A stretch of DNA of 64,000 nt from Coriobacteriia bacterium. GTDB lineage: Bacteria > Actinomycetota > Coriobacteriia > Coriobacteriales > UMGS124. Made by a program: the position numbers and the translations under genes. The notes under the pieces are model-generated. The model was not told where the DNA came from, did not search any database, and worked only from the letters and a program-made list of their open reading frames with translations. The stretch spans positions 128,879 through 192,878 of the forward strand of contig CAWVLT010000016.1 in assembly GCA_963930185.1 (NCBI GenBank). The letters run 5' to 3'. Shown here piece after piece: positions 1 through 9,041 of this stretch (within the stretch, counting starts at the first letter, position 1; every line of letters starts with the position of its first letter).

Positions 1-600
1 CACCGACATGTGGACGAAGCCCAGAAACGTCCAGCAGTTCATGATGAGGCCGTAGGCAAGCGAGGCGAGAAAGCCGTAGGCAACCACCACGGGCGACCGG
101 TCGCAGAGACGCTCGCCGGGCTGGCCAAGCGGCCTGGGCAGAGGCACGCCAGCGAGCAGTCCGGCGCCGTATCCGGTGAGGCCCCAGGCGTACATCTGCC
201 ACGGCGTCCACGGCCCCTGGCCGAAGAAGAAGTTGGAGGCGAGCGCGGCCAGCGCCCCCACCATGAAGCCGCTGCGCCTGCCAAACACCACCCCGGCGAT
301 CACGGCGATGGCCGTCACCGGCTTGAAGCTGGGAAAGGCGGCGAACAGGATGCGACCGGCGGCGGCCAGTGCGGCGAGCACCGCCACGGGCATGATGTCA
401 CGTAGGCGCGGCGCGCTCGCCTCGTACCGGGCGAAGAAGGCGACGAGCGCCGCGACCACGACGGCGAGCGACAGAAGCGCCGTCTGGTAGATGCCGGCCA
501 GCGCGCAGGCGACGAGGGCGGCCGGCACGCTGAGCAGCGCGACCACCTCGATCGTGACGCCGGCCCATCGAGGAAGCCTCCAGGGTGTCAGCCGACTCAC
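1..600 (-). CDS. ECF transporter substrate-specific (S) component; its 3' end runs off the left edge of the window
   Basis: Absent from the ORF track because there is no in-window stop. My minus-strand translation from GTG 600 (GTGA overlap with the stop of the upstream ATPase) reads VSRLTPWRLPRWAGVTIEVVALLSVPAALVACALAG...FPSFKPVTAIAVIAGVVFGRRSGFMVGALAALASNFFFGQGPWTPWQMYAWGL.... It is a multi-TM hydrophobic protein resembling ECF S components and is the last gene of the riboswitch-ECF operon. Confidence 0.65.
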   Translation of the reverse strand, partial: MSRLTPWRLPRWAGVTIEVVALLSVPAALVACALAGIYQTALLSLAVVVAALVAFFARYEASAPRLRDIMPVAVLAALAAAGRILFAAFPSFKPVTAIAVIAGVVFGRRSGFMVGALAALASNFFFGQGPWTPWQMYAWGLTGYGAGLLAGVPLPRPLGQPGERLCDRSPVVVAYGFLASLAYGLIMNCWTFLGFVHMSV

Positions 601-2132
601 CTGCGGCCCCCTTCCCCGCCCGGCTCGTCGGAACCCCCAAGCAGCTCGAGCAGCGCGCCATAGAAACGCGAGCGGTCCGACGGCCGATACACCATGCTGT
701 GCGCGAAAAACTCCCCCGCCGGCTCGGTGCAGGCGATCTGCCCGTCAAAGACGAGCGACACCACGTCGGCCGCAGCAAGAGCGAAGTCCAGGTCGTGCGT
801 GGCAAGCACCACGGTGCGCCCCTCGCCTGCCAGCCCTCGCAGCATGAGGGCCGTCTGCGCGCGCGACTGGGGGTCGAGGCCCTTGGTCGGCTCGTCAAGC
901 AGAAGGAGCTGCGGGCCGCACAGCATGAGCTTCGCCAGGGCCAGTCTCTGCTGCTGCCCGCCGGAGAGATCGTAAGGGTGGAGTCGCTCGAGACCGGCAA
1001 GGCCAAAGCGCCTGAGCGTGGCGAGTTCGTCATCGGGCGCATACCCGCACCGATCGCGCCACTCGGCAAGCTCCTCGGCCACCGAGTCGCACACGAACAG
1101 CGCCTTGGGGTCCTGCGGGAGATACGCCTGGCTGCCCGCGCAGGAGCTGGACACTCGCCCGCGCTGGGGCCTCAGGATGCCGGCAAGCAGCCTGAGCAGG
1201 GTGGTCTTTCCGCAGCCGTTGCCGCCCACGAACGCGTGCACGCTGCCGCGGGTGACGCGCACATCCACACCACCGAGCACCCAGGGAGCCCCGCGGTCGT
1301 AGCGCACATGCGCGTCGCGACACTCGGCGCAGCACGGGGCCCCAGCCGGGTGCCCGGACGCCTTACGCCAACGCCCGTCAATCGCACGCTCCACCTCGGC
1401 GCGCGTGGCGGAGGGGCAGCTCGGCCCCAGGTCCACGCGCTGAGTCGCGTACGCCTCCACTTCCTCGGGCATATGCGTCGCCATGACCACGGTCACGCCT
1501 AGCTCGCGGTTCACGCGCGAGAGCATGAAGACGAACTCGCGGCAGGCGTTGGGGTCGAGCTGGGCCGTCGGCTCGTCAAGCAGCAGCAGGCGCGGCTGCA
1601 GGGCAAGCGCGCCCGCCAGGTTCACCAGCTGCTTCTGACCGCCCGAGAGCGTCTCGGTCGCCTCGTGCATCCAGGGGCCGATGCCCAGGAAGTGCGCAAC
1701 CTCGGCCACGCGCCGGCGCATCTCGTCCTGCGGCATGCCGAGGTTCTCCAGGCCAAAGGCCAGCTCATGCCACACGCTATCGCACACGATCTGCGCGCCG
1801 GGGTCCTGCATGACAAAGCCTATACCCGCCGCCGACTCGCGTACCGAAAGCGTGCCGGTCTGCCGCCCCCCGTCGACGATGCGCGTGCCGAGCACCTCGA
1901 CCGAACCCTCGCAGCGGCCGACGGGGACGAGCCCGGGCTTGAGTGAGCGCAGAAGCGTCGTCTTTCCGCAGCCCGTGGGCCCCGCCAACACGCAGAACGC
2001 CCCCTGCTCGACCTGCAGGGACACGTTGTCCAGAACTGGCGCCACACCGCCACAGGAGCCGTTGGACACGGCATCGCCGGCCGGGTACCAGAAGGAATAG
2101 CCCTCAACGCTTACGATCGCCAACGCAACCAC
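597..2132 (-). CDS. ECF transporter fused duplicated ATPase (EcfA-EcfA')
   Basis: Two Walker A loops (GPTGCGKTT, GGNGCGKTT), two ABC signatures (LSGGQKQL, LSGGQQQR) and two Walker B motifs (LLLLDEPT twice). The first ~60 codons of the 571-aa track ORF look non-coding. GTG 2132 or TTG 2123 behind GAGGGAG is the likely start and overlaps the ecfT stop. Confidence 0.9.
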   Translation of the reverse strand: MVALAIVSVEGYSFWYPAGDAVSNGSCGGVAPVLDNVSLQVEQGAFCVLAGPTGCGKTTLLRSLKPGLVPVGRCEGSVEVLGTRIVDGGRQTGTLSVRESAAGIGFVMQDPGAQIVCDSVWHELAFGLENLGMPQDEMRRRVAEVAHFLGIGPWMHEATETLSGGQKQLVNLAGALALQPRLLLLDEPTAQLDPNACREFVFMLSRVNRELGVTVVMATHMPEEVEAYATQRVDLGPSCPSATRAEVERAIDGRWRKASGHPAGAPCCAECRDAHVRYDRGAPWVLGGVDVRVTRGSVHAFVGGNGCGKTTLLRLLAGILRPQRGRVSSSCAGSQAYLPQDPKALFVCDSVAEELAEWRDRCGYAPDDELATLRRFGLAGLERLHPYDLSGGQQQRLALAKLMLCGPQLLLLDEPTKGLDPQSRAQTALMLRGLAGEGRTVVLATHDLDFALAAADVVSLVFDGQIACTEPAGEFFAHSMVYRPSDRSRFYGALLELLGGSDEPGGEGGRR

Positions 2133-3058
2133 TCCCTCGCGGCAAGGGCGGGGGCCACGCACATCAGCGCGACGTACGGCAGATAGCCCCACCACACGAT
2201 CAGGGTGCTGAGAGCAGGGTAGAACGCGTACTGCGAGCAGGCGGCGGCGACCAGCGGCACGTTGCCCGCCGCAAGCACGAGGATCACCGCAATCGCGATG
2301 CCGTCGGCACACCCGAAGCGATAGCGGCGATACGTCGTGCGCCGCATGCCGCTCTCGTACCCGCGCGCCCGCATGGCGTCGCCGCGCACCAGGCTGTCCT
2401 CCATGCCCCAGCCCATCAGGACCGAGACCGTGCGCAGCCTGTCACCTGCGGCCTCGCGCCTCGTCGCGGGGGCGGCGGCGCTCATCGCGCGCTGCACGTC
2501 CACCACCGATCTGCCGCGCGTGACAAACTGGGGCACCAGGCGCATCACCTGCGTGATCATGAGACAGACGGTGGGCGCAACGTTGCCGAACAGGGCAAGC
2601 GAGGCGTCGCTGGTCATGACGGCGGCGTAGCTCGAGAACCACAGCAGCACCGACACGAGCATCCCGCCCGAGCACATGCCATAGGCCAGGCCCTCGAGGC
2701 AGACGTCACGGCCCAGGACGCGCACCAGTATCGTGGAGCCCTCGGTGGAGAGCAGCGCGTTCAGGGCCGCCATGAGCAGCCACATCGGCAGCGCCCACGC
2801 AAGCGAGCGCGCCGCCCGGCGCGGCCCGCGCACCACGGCCGCGCAAGCAAGCGCCCCCGCAAGCGACAGCGCCACGTACACCGGCTGCATCGCCGCCATG
2901 GAGAAGCCCACGGCGCAGGCAAGGTAGACAAACGCCACGGCGGGGTGATACGCGGCAAAGGGGCTGGCCCAAAACGACCCGGCGGGCCGGGTGCCTCCCA
3001 GCCCGCCGAGATCGTCATGCTCTTCGGTTCTCCGCGTACGTCGCGCGCGTGACATCAC
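2111..3058 (-). CDS. ecfT: ECF transporter transmembrane (T) component, CbiQ/EcfT family
   Basis: 315-aa polytopic membrane protein with a C-terminal MRARGYESGMRRTTYRRYRF region typical of CbiQ/EcfT. It lies between the lipoprotein gene and the ATPase gene and overlaps the ATPase start. Confidence 0.8.
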   Translation of the reverse strand: MMSRARRTRRTEEHDDLGGLGGTRPAGSFWASPFAAYHPAVAFVYLACAVGFSMAAMQPVYVALSLAGALACAAVVRGPRRAARSLAWALPMWLLMAALNALLSTEGSTILVRVLGRDVCLEGLAYGMCSGGMLVSVLLWFSSYAAVMTSDASLALFGNVAPTVCLMITQVMRLVPQFVTRGRSVVDVQRAMSAAAPATRREAAGDRLRTVSVLMGWGMEDSLVRGDAMRARGYESGMRRTTYRRYRFGCADGIAIAVILVLAAGNVPLVAAACSQYAFYPALSTLIVWWGYLPYVALMCVAPALAAREWLRWRS

Positions 3059-3082
3059 AGGCTCGCATTCGCGGCGCGCGGG

Positions 3083-3874
3083 TTACTCGCCCGTGGAGTA
3101 CGTCCAGGTGACCGAGTCGCCGTCGGCAAGCTCGTAGGCATCGGCCGCGACCATGGCGACCTCGTCGTTGACGTCATAGAGCCAGCCGCTCATCTCGCCA
3201 AAGGCCCCCGCCTCCAGGCCGTCGACGGCCTCGACGTACACGCCGTACTGGCTGTCGCTCGACTGGATGTCCAGACCCGTGGCGACCAGGGCGTCAAAGG
3301 CGTTGGCACCGGCAGGGAGCTCGACCGTGCCCGAGAAGGACACCGAACCGTCAGCCGCGCTCGAGTCGACGGTCACCTCGACGGAGAGCACGTCCTGCGC
3401 GTCGGCGGAGGCTGACGAGGAGGTGCCGTCGGACACAGCGGACTCACCGGCGGCCGAGGAAGAGGCGGCGAAATCCTCGCCACTCGAGAAGGAGGCAGCC
3501 ACACCCGCCCTCGTCACGGTGCCGTCGGCCTCGTCGGCGGCCGAGGCGTCGGCCGATACGGCCTTCTCGGAGGAGGCGGGCTCCTGCGCGCTCTCGTCGG
3601 CGTCCTGCTCGGAGCTTGCGGCGTCGGAGACCGTCGCGGAGGACGAGGCGGCAGGCGCGTCGGCCGTGGTCTGCAGAGCATCCTGCGAGCAGCCGGAGGC
3701 AAAAAGCGCCCCGGTGCCCAGCGCGGCGGCGAGCAACGCGGCGAGCGCGATGCGCAGGGCATTCGCGCAGGCGCCGGAGCGACCGGCGACCGGACGGGCC
3801 GTAGCGGCGGGTTCGACGGCAGATGTGGCGGTGGTCAGAGACTTGTCGTGCAGGGAGGACTTGGTTCCGAACAT
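3083..3874 (-). CDS. Surface lipoprotein with a C-terminal DUF4430 (transcobalamin-like C-terminal) domain
   Basis: ATG 3874 follows GAAAGG; the track ORF start at 3952 lies inside the riboswitch. Signal peptide with lipobox LFASGC. A long Ser/Ala/Asp/Glu-rich linker follows, then VELPAGANAFDALV...YGVYVEAVDGL...SGWLYDVNDE...GDSVTWTYS, which fits the DUF4430 pattern. Confidence 0.75.
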   Translation of the reverse strand: MFGTKSSLHDKSLTTATSAVEPAATARPVAGRSGACANALRIALAALLAAALGTGALFASGCSQDALQTTADAPAASSSATVSDAASSEQDADESAQEPASSEKAVSADASAADEADGTVTRAGVAASFSSGEDFAASSSAAGESAVSDGTSSSASADAQDVLSVEVTVDSSAADGSVSFSGTVELPAGANAFDALVATGLDIQSSDSQYGVYVEAVDGLEAGAFGEMSGWLYDVNDEVAMVAADAYELADGDSVTWTYSTGE

Positions 3875-3889
3875 GCGGACACCTTTCGT

Positions 3890-4060
3890 TCCAGGGCCCT
3901 TACCTTGAGGTGGAGAAGCGATCCGGCTCGTCCGACTGGCGCCTGTGGCCATCGGGCTTACGGTTGCTGGTACAGTCGGGGGTTCTCACCCCGTTCCCTT
4001 GGGCGCCTGGGCACCCGTGCGTCGTGCGCACCATCCACCGGGCCAATGTATGAAGACAGG
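3890..4060 (-). promoter_or_regulatory. Cobalamin (B12) riboswitch leader of the lipoprotein-ECF operon
   Basis: The minus strand reads GGTGCCCAGGCGCCCAAGGGAACGGGGTGAGAACCCCCGACTGTACCAGCAACCGTAAGCCCGATGGCCACAGGCGCCAGTCGGACGAGCCGGAT. It contains the AAGGGAA..GGTGAGAACC..C.G..CC.GCAACCGTAA core, GCCAC and a B12-box-like AGTCGGACGAGCCGG. A downstream CCACCT can pair with the AAGGTG Shine-Dalgarno. A possible extended -10 (TGCTACAAT) sits at 4072-4064. Confidence 0.7.
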
Positions 4061-4181
4061 GGCGATTGTAGCAGCTCGCACAGCACGCGAGCGTCGCAGG
4101 CGAAGGTCACCAGAAAAGCAGACGGGGCCTCTCGGACGGCGGGCACGTGAAAGGCATACCTGCGACAATGCGTATGACGCT

Positions 4182-5444
4182 CTATGTGAGTTGGGCAAGT
4201 GTTGACGTACACAGATGCTCGATCGGGGGGAATAGCCGCTCGCCTAGCTCATCGCCCCCGGGCAGCCGGGCCACATTATCGTGTACGCGATCTGCGTTGC
4301 ATATGATTCTTTCGGCCAAGTTTCCCATCACGTTCAGACACAGCTCCTCATCCAGCTCGTTCTGCTCGGCAAATCGGCGTATGGCCCTTTTGCCTACACG
4401 CCCGAACCGGTTTTCGCCCCCGATGCCCATCGCGGCCCGCGCCTCCATATGGATCAGGCTGTCGTAGGGCAAAATCGAAGCCACATCATACAGCGGAGCA
4501 AGCGATACGCCGCCGTCCGATCCAAGTAGCACCGAGTAATTTTTCGCATGGGCGTCAGAGGCCCCGATAAGGTAGTTGTAGAACAGCATTCCCACGAACG
4601 CGAGAGCTTCCCGAGTGCCGCCGGCCTTGCGGAGAAGAACAAGGATGTCGGCGGCAGCTGGCCCGCCCTCGAATGTGTACTTATGATCGGGCATGACGGA
4701 GAGTGCCTGGCACATATCCTCCTGATGGATTCTCACCACCGTACCATCGGGAAGCGAAAGGCGGTCAAAACGTGAAACGACGATGGCAGGCTCTTCCAGA
4801 AAACGGCAGTAGGCAACATCAGCGCAGGGCAGGCCCACGGTTTTTGCCAACAGCATGCACGCGTATTCGTCAAGAGCCTGATACTTGAGCCTCGTAATAC
4901 CCGGCTTGATGATATGGGTGGTCGCAGCAGATCCCCCGCACTGAAACCACTCTCCCCCAAGACGCCTCAGCGCAAACTTATTCTGTGTGCCCCCCAATGA
5001 CCAATGCTCATCCTCGAGAATCCATGAGGCAATCGCCTCCCGGCTGTTCAGATCACTCAGCCGTGCAGCAATGTCGGCATCGGAAAGCGGAACCAGCGTT
5101 TCGCCTCGATCCAAAAGCTCGGGAGAATCAACCGGGCAGATCTGCACCGCACCCGGGCAATCTAGGCCAATATGTTCAAGCAAGGCAAGGGGATTCTCTC
5201 CCGAAACGCCATACCGCAAACCAAGCCGTCTGCGCGTCTCCCGATCATCAGGAAGCAGTCCGAATAAATAAGGACGGACCTTATCCCGGCCGTACGATTT
5301 GGCAGAGAGCGGCATAGAGAGGGACAGCGGCACTCCCGCATAGTTGGCCTCATATTCAAATGTCTCCTCGCCACGTGCGTCGCGATAGAGGTTTCCCGCC
5401 AGCACGCCGGCAATGTAAACAGCAAGCCGCTTCCGCTCAGACAT
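4182..5444 (-). CDS. hipA: HipA-family Ser/Thr kinase toxin (type II TA)
   Basis: 420 aa. HipA N-terminal coupling region (LAVYIAGVLAGNLYRD...FEYEANY), GGTQNKFAL and the catalytic DAHAKNYSVL motif. It overlaps the upstream HTH gene by 8 nt. Confidence 0.9.
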   Translation of the reverse strand: MSERKRLAVYIAGVLAGNLYRDARGEETFEYEANYAGVPLSLSMPLSAKSYGRDKVRPYLFGLLPDDRETRRRLGLRYGVSGENPLALLEHIGLDCPGAVQICPVDSPELLDRGETLVPLSDADIAARLSDLNSREAIASWILEDEHWSLGGTQNKFALRRLGGEWFQCGGSAATTHIIKPGITRLKYQALDEYACMLLAKTVGLPCADVAYCRFLEEPAIVVSRFDRLSLPDGTVVRIHQEDMCQALSVMPDHKYTFEGGPAAADILVLLRKAGGTREALAFVGMLFYNYLIGASDAHAKNYSVLLGSDGGVSLAPLYDVASILPYDSLIHMEARAAMGIGGENRFGRVGKRAIRRFAEQNELDEELCLNVMGNLAERIICNADRVHDNVARLPGGDELGERLFPPIEHLCTSTLAQLT

Positions 5445-5796
5445 GCACGCCCCCGTCTCGAGGCGCGAACAAAGTCATGTCGATTGCCGACCCCTCCCGT
5501 ACCTGGCCGAGCGCCCTGCGATATGCGTCGCCCTGACAAGTCGCTCTTTGTACGGGAGGAAGTCGCCCATCTAACGACTCACCACCGCTAGCAATAAAAA
5601 GATGGAGGTCAAGCGCATCAAGGACATGCATGAGCTTGTCAAGTTGCACGCCCGTCGCACTACCCGTCTCAAGACGCATGATGAGCTGCCGGGACACTCC
5701 GGCGCTCTCCGCAAGCCCCTCCTGAGTAAGGCCCGACTGCTCACGAGCCATTCGCACGACCTGACCCATTTGACGGGGTATGGCTATCGACTGCAC
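5437..5796 (-). CDS. hipB: HipB-like XRE-family HTH antitoxin
   Basis: 119 aa. The Cro/C1-type HTH reads ARMAREQSGLTQEGLAESAGVSRQLIMRLETG. It lies directly upstream of and overlaps hipA. Confidence 0.85.
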   Translation of the reverse strand: MQSIAIPRQMGQVVRMAREQSGLTQEGLAESAGVSRQLIMRLETGSATGVQLDKLMHVLDALDLHLFIASGGESLDGRLPPVQRATCQGDAYRRALGQVREGSAIDMTLFAPRDGGVHV

Positions 5797-5881
5797 CAGG
5801 CGCCCCCTATGAGTAACAAATATGAGACATTGCGTATTGTACTAAATAAGAGACAGGAGATGCACGACACCTTCACGTGCA

Positions 5882-5992
5882 TCACGACGCCAGATCCCAC
5901 AGCTCGCCCTCAATGAGCTCGGCCCGAACGCCATCGGGCAGTGACCAATAGTCATCCGCGGTCTTGATTGGGTCGGCTTTGGGCACAGGCAT
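5882..5992 (-). pseudogene. N-terminal fragment of a Uma2-family (DUF820) endonuclease
   Basis: Not in the ORF track (36 codons). ATG 5992 behind GGAGGTG gives MPVPKADPIKTADDYWSLPDGVRAELIEGELWDLAS then a stop. This matches the conserved N-terminus of Uma2 proteins, and the rest of the ~190-aa protein is missing. Confidence 0.5.
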
Positions 5993-6238
5993 GGAAACAC
6001 CTCCGAGCGTACAGGGAGCTCGCACTTCTGCTGTCAGTATATACCACACAGCCTATATGCCACGCGATCGTGAGATACCGAGGGAAGCCGCTCAAGCCGC
6101 TCGATGATAATCGCCATGACAAAACGCCCGCGCCGTAGATATGGCCGTGGAGGGCAGCGCATCGCCGCGCCGCCCCCCACGTCTTGTGCTATCTGACACA
6201 TCACGAACCCGCCACGACCACAGCCGGGCTCGGCCCAC

Positions 6239-7741
6239 CTACTCCCAGGGCTCCTCGGCGGCGGCGTTGGTGCCGGCGACGCGACCCATGGTCATTGCGC
6301 TGAGCACGGTGGAGCCGATCGTGGCGTTCCACTCGCACACCAAGCCTGCCGCATACAGGCCGGGGACGGGCTCAAGCGCCGACTCGCCACCCGCGATCAC
6401 CAGCCTAAGGGCCCGCGCGGAGGTGTCGATCTTGACGCCGCCCATGGTGGTTGAGGTGCTCTGGTACATCGCCACGGCATAGAAGGGCCCGACCATCGGC
6501 ACCAGGTACTCGGGGTCGCGACCGAAGTCGGCATCGAAGCCCTGCTCGCACATCTCGTTGTATCGCTCGACCGTCGCAACCAGCGCCTGCGGGTCAAGAC
6601 CCACCTGGGGCGCCAGCTCCTCGAGCGTCTCGGCGTACGCCCAGCCGGTGAGGGGCTGCGCCTCGACAAGAGCCTGGACGTCGGGATTGTCGCCCAGCAG
6701 CAAAATGGGCTGGAAGTCCTGTTCCACGGCCTTTGCCAGAATAGCGCGGTGAGGCATGGGATCGAAGTAGCGCGCCTCCTCGTTGTAGAAGCGCTGCGCG
6801 CCGGCGTCGAGCCACAGGCCGTGCAGGCGGCCGTCGTAGTTCACGTTGACGTAGTTGCCCACCATCATGCCGGCAAGCGTCGTGATCTGCGGGGGCTCGG
6901 CAAGCCGCGTGGTGAAGACGCCCGCACGCTGGGCGATCACGAAGCCGTCACCCGCACAGGCCGGGTGGGAGCCGGGGAACACGTAGCGGTTGCTGGGGCT
7001 CAGGGCAGCCAGCATCTGGGCACTGCCCGACTCGTCGCCGCAGGCCAGAACCACCGCACGGCGCGCCTTCACGCGAATAGCCGTCTCGCCCTGCAGCGCC
7101 TCGACGCCGATGACGCGCCCGCCCTCGTCCTGGATCAGGCCACTGACGATGGTCTCGACCAGGGTCTCGACGCCCTCTTGGGCCGCCACGTCCTGAAGCA
7201 CCTGCATCATGGCTGCGCCCTTGCCCACGACCTGGTGGATGAAGGGCTTGTCGGTGTACCCGAAGCGCGGGGCGGGCTCGGGCTCGAACTCGACGCCCAG
7301 GTCCTCGAGCCAGTCGATCGTCTCGCCGCCATGTTCCGCGTTGAAGCGGCTCACCTCGGGGTCACGCGCGGGATACCAGGCGGAGTTCTCGAAATACCAA
7401 GCCACGGCGTCCTCTACGGTGAGGTCGACACCCGCCGAGGCGGCAATTCGCGAGCCGGCGGCACCAAGGATGCCGTCGCACAGCATGGAGTCGCCACCGG
7501 GCGTCGAGGACTTCTCGAGCACCAGGACCTCGGCCCCTGCACGGGCAGCCTCCACGGCCGCCGAGAACGCCGCTGCGCCACCACCCACGATCACGACGTC
7601 CGCCTCGCGGTCCCAGGCGTCTTGGCCTGTTGCCTCGGTGCCGAGGGCACGGGTGGCACCCATCGAGGCGGCCGCCAGCGCAGTGCCGGCAGCAATGAGC
7701 GAGCGACGCGTACAAGCTGCGTTGATTGACGATGCGGACAT
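6239..7741 (-). CDS. Tat-exported FAD-dependent oxidoreductase, fumarate reductase/flavocytochrome-c flavoprotein family (reductase A)
   Basis: Twin-arginine signal MSASSINAACTRRSLIAAGTALAAASMGATRALG. Dinucleotide fold DVVIVGGGAAAFSAAVEAARAGAEVLVLEK. C-terminal VPGLYAAG motif of FAD_binding_2 enzymes. RBS GAAAGGGGAA. Confidence 0.85.
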   Translation of the reverse strand: MSASSINAACTRRSLIAAGTALAAASMGATRALGTEATGQDAWDREADVVIVGGGAAAFSAAVEAARAGAEVLVLEKSSTPGGDSMLCDGILGAAGSRIAASAGVDLTVEDAVAWYFENSAWYPARDPEVSRFNAEHGGETIDWLEDLGVEFEPEPAPRFGYTDKPFIHQVVGKGAAMMQVLQDVAAQEGVETLVETIVSGLIQDEGGRVIGVEALQGETAIRVKARRAVVLACGDESGSAQMLAALSPSNRYVFPGSHPACAGDGFVIAQRAGVFTTRLAEPPQITTLAGMMVGNYVNVNYDGRLHGLWLDAGAQRFYNEEARYFDPMPHRAILAKAVEQDFQPILLLGDNPDVQALVEAQPLTGWAYAETLEELAPQVGLDPQALVATVERYNEMCEQGFDADFGRDPEYLVPMVGPFYAVAMYQSTSTTMGGVKIDTSARALRLVIAGGESALEPVPGLYAAGLVCEWNATIGSTVLSAMTMGRVAGTNAAAEEPWE

Positions 7742-7953
7742 AGCGTTCCCCTTTCTGCCAGCGCCCGCGGCGGGCGCTCCCCATGCGGCTGACGCCCGCG
7801 ACGAACAGCCCGCGCCACAGGTTGTCCCGAGCGCACGGTCTCGTGATGCGCATAGAACTACCTGCGGCGATGCCTTTTTCGTTGCTCAGCCATCGTTAGC
7901 ATCACGATACGGGAACGCGCTTGGTCTGTCCATTTTGATTATGCGTATGGTAG

Positions 7954-7972
7954 TATAAGGTTGCGCCTTATA
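7954..7972. promoter_or_regulatory. Candidate LysR box in the divergent reductase A / LysR intergenic region
   Basis: TATAAGG-TTGCG-CCTTATA has perfect 7-bp arms and sits about 95 bp upstream of the LysR start, in an AT-richer stretch. Confidence 0.3.
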
Positions 7973-8065
7973 GTCGGCCATGCGGGGCAAAGGATGACGC
8001 CTGCAGCCACAGGCAGCAGGTCAAGGCGGTCAGGGAGGGAGGGCGCGCTCTTGAATGAGGCACAG

Positions 8066-8926
8066 ATGGAGTCGTTGGTGCGCACGATCGATCTCGGCAG
8101 CATCAACGCCGCCGCACGCGAGCTCTTCATCTCTCCCCCGTCGCTGCACCAGCGGCTCGGCACGCTCGAGGCAGAGCTGGGGTGCACGCTGCTCGAGCGC
8201 TGCCCGCGCGGAGTGCGCCCCACCGCGGAGGGCACGCGCATGTACGCCGCCTGCGTCGCATGCCTTGAGCAGCTGGCCGCCGCCCGGCACGACATCGCCA
8301 GGCTGCGAGACGAAAACGCCCTCCATGAGGTGCGCATCGGCGTGACCTGGCGGCCTTCGCTGCACACCTACTACGCCATCGAGGAACTCCACGCCAGCCA
8401 CTCCAACCTGGCCGTCAGCGCAGTGAAGGTTACCGAAAAGCCCCTGGTAAGCGCACTTCTTGATGGGGGCATCGACCTCTTCGAAAGCCCACGGCTCGCT
8501 GAGGACCCCGCAGGCCTCGCCTTCTGGCCGTTCGGCGAGGACGCTTACCGCTGCGTCTGCGGGCCCGACAGCCGCTGGGCAAGTCTCGACTTGGTGACGC
8601 TGCCCATGCTCGAGGGCGTGACGGTCTACGCAGGGTCAGACTACCGGGACTACCGCTCCTATCGCACGTGCGCGGCGGTGCAGCGGCTCTGCGCTCGGGA
8701 CAACTTCAAGGCAACCGCCTTCCCCACCGAGCGCATCGTGGCCGACTGCATGAGCGGTACGGCGGTGGTGCTGTTCCCCAGCAGCCGCGCCAACGACCTG
8801 TGCCCTCCCCTCGTGCACGTCCCCCTCGATATCCCGCTCGCGGAGTTCGGCGCATACACGCGCGAGCGCCCGACGGAAGGCGAGCTGGTGGTGGTCGAGG
8901 CGCTGCGGACGCAGGCTCTCAAATAA
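8066..8926 (+). CDS. LysR-family transcriptional regulator
   Basis: N-terminal wHTH MESLVRTIDLGSINAAARELFISPPSLHQRLGTLEAELGCTLLER plus a substrate-binding domain. ATG 8066 is preceded by GAGG; the track start at 7961 is probably too early. Divergent from reductase A. Confidence 0.85.
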   Translation: MESLVRTIDLGSINAAARELFISPPSLHQRLGTLEAELGCTLLERCPRGVRPTAEGTRMYAACVACLEQLAAARHDIARLRDENALHEVRIGVTWRPSLHTYYAIEELHASHSNLAVSAVKVTEKPLVSALLDGGIDLFESPRLAEDPAGLAFWPFGEDAYRCVCGPDSRWASLDLVTLPMLEGVTVYAGSDYRDYRSYRTCAAVQRLCARDNFKATAFPTERIVADCMSGTAVVLFPSSRANDLCPPLVHVPLDIPLAEFGAYTRERPTEGELVVVEALRTQALK

Positions 8927-9041
8927 GTCATGACAACTCCTCGTCAAACCAGGTCAAGATGATGTTCCGACGGCGTGTCCCTGAAGCCGGCAGTCTCACT
9001 CGGACAATTCACCACCGAGACGACGCGAGCGCAAGTCGCGA

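Noticed and set aside
398-1502. ORFs 398-1069 (-), 585-1502 (+) and 10-405 (+) at the left edge
   Set aside because: They overlap, out of frame or antisense, the ECF ATPase and the S-component gene. The S-component frame gives a coherent membrane protein, but these ORFs do not.
3267-3908. 213-aa plus-strand ORF opposite the DUF4430 lipoprotein gene
   Set aside because: It mirrors the low-complexity Ser/Ala/Asp linker of the real gene. It has no start context or motifs.
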